From an uncultured Fibrobacterota bacterium (GTDB taxonomy: Bacteria; Fibrobacterota; Chitinivibrionia; Chitinivibrionales; FEN-1185), in assembly GCA_963729895.1 (NCBI GenBank), contig CAVSQB010000003.1, forward strand, positions 32,001 through 96,000: DNA of 64,000 bases. The letters run 5' to 3'. Under the pieces are notes generated by a model. The model was not told where the DNA came from. It saw nothing but the letters and a program-made list of their open reading frames with translations, and searched no databases. The translations under genes and the position numbers were made by a program. Positions 58,966 to 64,000 of the stretch are shown here, one piece after another (positions within the stretch are counted from its first letter, which is position 1; the number at the start of each line of letters is the position of its first letter).

Positions 58966-60270
58966 CGCATTGCCTCAAATTAAATGTAACCGAAGGCTTA
59001 ATCGAAACACGCACCAATTGATTCGTTGCCTCATAATTAAGGTAACCCAAGAAAAAAGGGGGTTACCACTATGGGGCACAAAGAAAAAGAAGCATATCGG
59101 GAAGCGATACGACAACGATATGCCCATTCCAACAGAGCCGGCAAAAAGCAGATTCTCGATGAGTTTTGTGCGATTTGCCGATACAATCGCAAGTACGCTA
59201 TCCGGCTACTTGGAAAACGCAAACAGAAACAAAAAGCCAAGCGTGGAAGAAGACCCTTATATGCTGAACCGCTTTTTATTAAGGCGTTACAGTACATCTG
59301 GAAAGCCTCTGATTTCATGTGCTCTCGCCGCCTTAAGGTTGTCATTCCAGTATGGCTGCCATTCTACGAACAATCCTTTGAACTGCTTTCCGAGGAAGTC
59401 CGTGCGCGGCTCCTCTCTGTCAGCCGCTCCACGCTTGACCGCGTCCTATGCCCTTTACGTACGCGTATGGGCAAGGGATTGTGCGGCACCAAGCCCGGCT
59501 CCATGCTGCGCAATCAAATCCCCATCCGTACCGACAACTGGGATATTACCCAGCCTGGATTCATGGAGGCGGATACGGTTGCCCATTGCGGCACCAGCCT
59601 TGCCGGAGAATTTGTGTGGAGCCTTATCATGACTGACATCCATACTGCTTGGACCGAAGGCCGTGCTGTGTGGAATAAGGGCTCCCAGGGTGTCATTGAG
59701 CAGGTTAAAGACATCGAACGACGAATACCTTTTGCCCTGCGTGGCTTTGACTGTGATAACGGGTCCGAGTTCCTCAACTATCATCTCGAACGCTACTTCG
59801 CCGTGCGACAAGACCCTGTAAAGTTCACCCGGTCACGTCCCTACAAGAAAAACGACAACGCCCATGTTGAACAGAAAAACTGGGCGCAGGCCAGGCACAT
59901 GCTTGGTTATGATCGGATCGAAAACCCCGACACGCTTCCCCTCATTAACGACCTCTATGCCAACGAGTGGTCTCTCTATCAAAACCACTTCTGTCCATCG
60001 CTGAAACTCAAATCTAAAATCCGGATAGGATCTCGATACCGCAAGACCTATGAAGAACCGAAAACTCCCTATCAAAGAATCGTTGAATCACCTTACATAG
60101 CTTCAGAAGTCAAGCAAAGCCTTGAACTGACCCACCGTGCTCTCAATCCATTCCAATTAAAAAAGACTATCGAAAGAAAACTCAAAACCATTTTCAACCT
60201 TGTTACGGTTACCTCATTTGTGAGGCATCGAATCTGACCCTTCGGTTACCTTTTATTATGAGGCAACACG
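58966..60270 (+). mobile_element. 1305-bp IS with a DDE integrase-type transposase, copy 1 (family not assigned)
   Basis: Ends CGCATTGCCTCAAATTAAATGTAACCGAAGG / CCTTCGGTTACCTTTTATTATGAGGCAACACG; second internal repeat at each end; flanked by CACC; exact ends ambiguous by 1-2 nt. Confidence 0.88.
59071..60237 (+). CDS. DDE integrase-core transposase (388 aa)
   Basis: N-terminal HTH, GFMEADTVAHCG, DCDNGSEF, SRPYKKNDNAHVEQKN. Confidence 0.9.
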   Translation: MGHKEKEAYREAIRQRYAHSNRAGKKQILDEFCAICRYNRKYAIRLLGKRKQKQKAKRGRRPLYAEPLFIKALQYIWKASDFMCSRRLKVVIPVWLPFYEQSFELLSEEVRARLLSVSRSTLDRVLCPLRTRMGKGLCGTKPGSMLRNQIPIRTDNWDITQPGFMEADTVAHCGTSLAGEFVWSLIMTDIHTAWTEGRAVWNKGSQGVIEQVKDIERRIPFALRGFDCDNGSEFLNYHLERYFAVRQDPVKFTRSRPYKKNDNAHVEQKNWAQARHMLGYDRIENPDTLPLINDLYANEWSLYQNHFCPSLKLKSKIRIGSRYRKTYEEPKTPYQRIVESPYIASEVKQSLELTHRALNPFQLKKTIERKLKTIFNLVTVTSFVRHRI

Positions 60271-60288
60271 CACCGCGCATTGCCTCAA

Positions 60289-61582
60289 GGGGACCTCTAA
60301 AAATTCTGTAAAATAGTAGATTCCAAGATCATGTTGACAGATAGTATTATTTCGCGATGTCAGGGCGTCTATTTGTCTGATAGGTGCCCAAAACTGTTCT
60401 TTTTTCGGTCCCTTTGGGGGCCTTGTGCGGTCCTGTCCCGCTTTTCAGGCGTGGCACTCAAGATATGCAAAGCGTTTTATGTTGTAAACCAGGTTCAGGA
60501 GTCCTATCTTCGCCGCGGCCCTCAGCCGCCCGATACACCTGATCCTGCCACGAAACATGATTTCTATTTGAGCAAACACATGTTCTATACGCGATCTGAC
60601 TTTGGATTTCTTCCGGTTCTGTGCCAATTGTGCTTCCGTCAATGGTGCGCCACGAGTCCCTTTGACACATATTTTGCTTCTGTACCAGAGATAATCAAGC
60701 CTTTGTTCCGCCTTTTCCGAATGATACGCGCTGTCGGCAAACACGTCCGCGTTCGTGTTCTCAGGATTAAGGAGAGGTTCAAGCATATTGGAGTCGTGCA
60801 CTTCTGCGGATGTCGCCGCATAGTCTCGAATGATTTTATGCTTCGCGTCTACCGACGCATGGTTCTTGTAGCCAAAAAACGTCTGATCGTTCTTCTTCGT
60901 CCATCGCGCATCAACATCTTTCTGACGAAGTTTCTCAGGGTGCTTTTCCCATTCCTGCGGCGTGCCCCCGTTCTTGATTTCTTTATTCTCCTCCCGCGTG
61001 TTTCTCTGGCGAGGTACCTCGACAAAACTCGCATCTATTATTTGGCCTTTCTGGGCAGTGTAACCCGCTTCGTTCAACTGACGACCGAACAGGTCAAACA
61101 GCTTCTTGACAACGCCTGCTTGTGTCAGCGTTTCCCGAAACAACCAGACCGTTTTCTCGTCGGGAATGCTATCCTCGGAAGTGAGTTCAAGAAACCGTTT
61201 GAACGTCAATCGGTCCAGAATCTGAAACTGGGTTTGCGCATCGGAAAGCCCATACATCGTCTGCAACACGAGAATCTTGAACATCAGGATATAATCGTAC
61301 GGTGGACGACCGGCGTTGCTCTTCCGTTCCTTGCGAAAAGCCTTGTCAATAACAGGACGAAAACTCTTCCAACGTATGGCCCGATTGATGGTTTCAAGAG
61401 GGTCTCCCATTTCGGAAAGCTCGGAAAGGCGATTCTCAAGGTCAAAAAGGCCTATCTGTCCCATCGCAATATCCTCCAGACGGTAGTGGGTTCGCAGGTT
61501 TGTTGTCTGGAATTAAAATAATTGACGAAATAGCCTTTGTCAAGCATTAATTGGGCAAATTAGGCAATTTTTAGAGGTCCCC
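60289..61582 (-). mobile_element. IS5-family insertion sequence (1294 bp)
   Basis: 17-bp IR GGGGACCTCTAAAAATT / AATTTTTAGAGGTCCCC; 4-bp direct repeat TCAA at 60285-60288 and 61583-61586. Confidence 0.93.
60445..61464 (-). CDS. IS5-family transposase
   Basis: GRPPYD, PDEKTVWLFRE, IIDAS, DARWTKK, GYKNH, ADSAY, RSRIEHVF. Confidence 0.94.
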   Translation of the reverse strand: MGQIGLFDLENRLSELSEMGDPLETINRAIRWKSFRPVIDKAFRKERKSNAGRPPYDYILMFKILVLQTMYGLSDAQTQFQILDRLTFKRFLELTSEDSIPDEKTVWLFRETLTQAGVVKKLFDLFGRQLNEAGYTAQKGQIIDASFVEVPRQRNTREENKEIKNGGTPQEWEKHPEKLRQKDVDARWTKKNDQTFFGYKNHASVDAKHKIIRDYAATSAEVHDSNMLEPLLNPENTNADVFADSAYHSEKAEQRLDYLWYRSKICVKGTRGAPLTEAQLAQNRKKSKVRSRIEHVFAQIEIMFRGRIRCIGRLRAAAKIGLLNLVYNIKRFAYLECHA

Positions 61583-61678
61583 TCAAATTAAATGTAACCG
61601 AAGGCTTAATCGAAACACGCACCAATTGATTCGTTGCCTCATAATTAAGGTAACCCAAGAAAAAAGGGGGTTACCACT

Positions 61679-62845
61679 ATGGGGCACAAAGAAAAAGAAG
61701 CATATCGGGAAGCGATACGACAACGATATGCCCATTCCAACAGAGCCGGCAAAAAGCAGATTCTCGATGAGTTTTGTGCGATTTGCCGATACAATCGCAA
61801 GTACGCTATCCGGCTACTTGGAAAACGCAAACAGAAACAAAAAGCCAAGCGTGGAAGAAGACCCTTATATGCTGAACCGCTTTTTATTAAGGCGTTACAG
61901 TACATCTGGAAAGCCTCTGATTTCATGTGCTCTCGCCGCCTTAAGGTTGTCATTCCAGTATGGCTGCCATTCTACGAACAATCCTTTGAACTGCTTTCCG
62001 AGGAAGTCCGTGCGCGGCTCCTCTCTGTCAGCCGCTCCACGCTTGACCGCGTCCTATGCCCTTTACGTACGCGTATGGGCAAGGGATTGTGCGGCACCAA
62101 GCCCGGCTCCATGCTGCGCAATCAAATCCCCATCCGTACCGACAACTGGGATATTACCCAGCCTGGATTCATGGAGGCGGATACGGTTGCCCATTGCGGC
62201 ACCAGCCTTGCCGGAGAATTTGTGTGGAGCCTTATCATGACTGACATCCATACTGCTTGGACCGAAGGCCGTGCTGTGTGGAATAAGGGCTCCCAGGGTG
62301 TCATTGAGCAGGTTAAAGACATCGAACGACGAATACCTTTTGCCCTGCGTGGCTTTGACTGTGATAACGGGTCCGAGTTCCTCAACTATCATCTCGAACG
62401 CTACTTCGCCGTGCGACAAGACCCTGTAAAGTTCACCCGGTCACGTCCCTACAAGAAAAACGACAACGCCCATGTCGAACAGAAAAACTGGGCGCAGGCC
62501 AGGCACATGCTTGGTTATGATCGGATCGAAAACCCCGACACGCTTCCCCTCATTAACGACCTCTATGCCAACGAGTGGTCTCTCTATCAAAACCACTTCT
62601 GTCCATCGCTGAAACTCAAATCTAAAATCCGGATAGGATCTCGATACCGCAAGACCTATGAAGAACCGAAAACTCCCTATCAAAGAATCGTTGAATCACC
62701 TTACATAGCTTCAGAAGTCAAGCAAAGCCTTGAACTGACCCACCGTGCTCTCAATCCATTCCAATTAAAAAAGACTATCGAAAGAAAACTCAAAACCATT
62801 TTCAACCTTGTTACGGTTACCTCATTTGTGAGGCATCGAATCTGA
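61679..62845 (+). CDS. DDE integrase-core transposase (protein identical to 59071..60237)
   Basis: Identical 388-aa translation in the ORF track. Confidence 0.9.
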   Translation: MGHKEKEAYREAIRQRYAHSNRAGKKQILDEFCAICRYNRKYAIRLLGKRKQKQKAKRGRRPLYAEPLFIKALQYIWKASDFMCSRRLKVVIPVWLPFYEQSFELLSEEVRARLLSVSRSTLDRVLCPLRTRMGKGLCGTKPGSMLRNQIPIRTDNWDITQPGFMEADTVAHCGTSLAGEFVWSLIMTDIHTAWTEGRAVWNKGSQGVIEQVKDIERRIPFALRGFDCDNGSEFLNYHLERYFAVRQDPVKFTRSRPYKKNDNAHVEQKNWAQARHMLGYDRIENPDTLPLINDLYANEWSLYQNHFCPSLKLKSKIRIGSRYRKTYEEPKTPYQRIVESPYIASEVKQSLELTHRALNPFQLKKTIERKLKTIFNLVTVTSFVRHRI

Positions 62846-63046
62846 CCCTTCGGTTACCTTTTATTATGAGGCAACACGCACCGGACGAAAAGGGCCGAGA
62901 ACCGCGAATACGCCTGAGTGCGGACCCTGCGTATCGTGTCAAGATACAACGACACGTATTCGAGGCAGGAAGGTTCCATCGGGCGCTCCCGCAATGACGT
63001 TTCGAACGCACGGTTAGTTCGGACATCACCGTCCGCGCCTGCGGCA

Positions 63047-64000
63047 TCACGGCCACTCTTTTCGTGTCAAGACCCGCGCCGATTCATCCGAGCGCACCCG
63101 CAACAGCGCATCCGCCGGAATCGCCTTGTGGGTGTGGAGCAGCATTTTGGCAACACCCTCCTGCACGTCGGACCCGACCACCAGAACAACGGGGGCGGAG
63201 AAATTCTCCGGCAGCAGGAGTACCGCGTCGCTGCGGTGCACGGCTTCCAGCCGCTCGCCTTCGGGTTCATCGCGCGAAACAATGATCCAGTCGCCTTTTC
63301 CGGTGCGATAATGCCGCCCTATCCTCAGGAGCGGCATGTCGTGCAGGGCGGGGCGCGCGGTGTTGTCGAAGTAGTCTTTGAGCCTGGCTGCAAAGTTCCC
63401 ATCGGTCAATAGACATCCGCCCGCAGGGCACGAGTACTCCAGGATTCCTTTGTCCTTTGCCAGGCTCATCTGCTGCTTGCGTGACCGTCCGACAATCGCC
63501 AGGAGCCGTGCGCGGTCCACCCAGCCTTCTTTTTCCGGCACGGTGGGATCGAGCACCTGCGCCGAGAGCGGGCGGACAATAAGGTCCCCGATGCCGGACT
63601 CCTCGCTGATGACGGCAAGCGCGCGGCGGTGCTGCGACATGGGACGCTGTCCCAGGACTTCGCCGGTAAACAGGAACTGCGCGCCGATTTCCCTCATGTA
63701 TTCCGCCGCTTTTTTGAGCTTGAGGATCCTGCAATCGATGCACGGGTTCATGCCGCGGCCGTACCCGTGTTTCGGGGCCCGCACCATGTCAAGATAGTCC
63801 TGACCCATGGCTATCCGCTTGAGCGGGATGCCGCCGAGTTGACGCACCGCGGTAATCACCGACGCGCACCCCGCGGATTTCGGCGTGCACGTGCAGAACG
63901 GAGAGGTAAAGTTAACCGCAAAGACCTCAATGCCTTGATCGATGAGAACCTTTGCGGCCAGTGTGCTGTCGAGACCGCCGGAAAGGAGCCCTACTGCACG
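63047..64000 (-). CDS. ThiI/MnmA-like PP-loop tRNA thiolation protein (5' end outside window)
   Basis: Manual extension RAVGLLSGGLDSTLAA...FTSPFC; GMNPCIDCR, TGEVLGQRPMSQ, RPLSA, PAGGCLLT, GRH. Confidence 0.85.
   Translation of the reverse strand, partial: RAVGLLSGGLDSTLAAKVLIDQGIEVFAVNFTSPFCTCTPKSAGCASVITAVRQLGGIPLKRIAMGQDYLDMVRAPKHGYGRGMNPCIDCRILKLKKAAEYMREIGAQFLFTGEVLGQRPMSQHRRALAVISEESGIGDLIVRPLSAQVLDPTVPEKEGWVDRARLLAIVGRSRKQQMSLAKDKGILEYSCPAGGCLLTDGNFAARLKDYFDNTARPALHDMPLLRIGRHYRTGKGDWIIVSRDEPEGERLEAVHRSDAVLLLPENFSAPVVLVVGSDVQEGVAKMLLHTHKAIPADALLRVRSDESARVLTRKEWP

Larger units (their letters stand above)
60276..62878 (+). mobile_element. copy 2 of the 1305-bp IS, left end interrupted by an IS5
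   Basis: Same sequence as copy 1 at offset 2608; removing the IS5 and one TCAA restores TGCCTCAAATTAAATG. Confidence 0.88.

Noticed and set aside
58970..59051. Repeat-30 nt-repeat resembling a minimal CRISPR array
   Set aside because: Only two imperfect repeats, the same motif is inverted at the IS right end, and there are no cas genes; better read as transposase-binding repeats
60240..60270. dif/Xer-like site at the IS end (TTGCCTCATAA resembles a XerC arm)
   Set aside because: No XerD arm (TTATGTTAAAT-like) at the proper spacing
58966..62878. Tandem IS as an assembly artefact
   Set aside because: The copies differ by a SNP, have different left junctions, and one carries an IS5 with a clean direct repeat; not fully excluded without reads

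Overview
GC-rich bacterial chromosomal segment. The host is probably Fibrobacterota/Chitinivibrionia-like, inferred from a FISUMP protein, an ARO7-type chorismate mutase and a GH44 with a sorting-type tail. Most genes are housekeeping (thiL, fusA, folB, waaA, holA, truA, gatA, pheA, recN, nadK, tyrA, zwf, lolD/lolC, lysS, trxA, selD, PTS enzyme I, HU), plus a glycogen/GH57 cluster and a redox-iron-selenium cluster. Best observations: (1) a DUF1573-type lipoprotein split by an in-frame TGA at the expected Cys (PG-UGA-GCT) with SECIS-like hairpins, i.e. a probable exported selenoprotein, with selD, yedF and DUF3343 nearby; (2) a head-to-tail pair of a 1305-bp DDE-integrase IS whose left end holds a hairpin loop identical to its right-end/target junction (AACACGCACC), a possible guide for target choice, with an IS5 inserted in the left end of copy 2; (3) a family of structured intergenic repeats with compensatory base changes, one member of which appears to be the IS target; (4) an AroA-fold protein lacking most catalytic motifs. 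No tRNA, rRNA or CRISPR array was recognised. All calls are by eye; no database searches were run.
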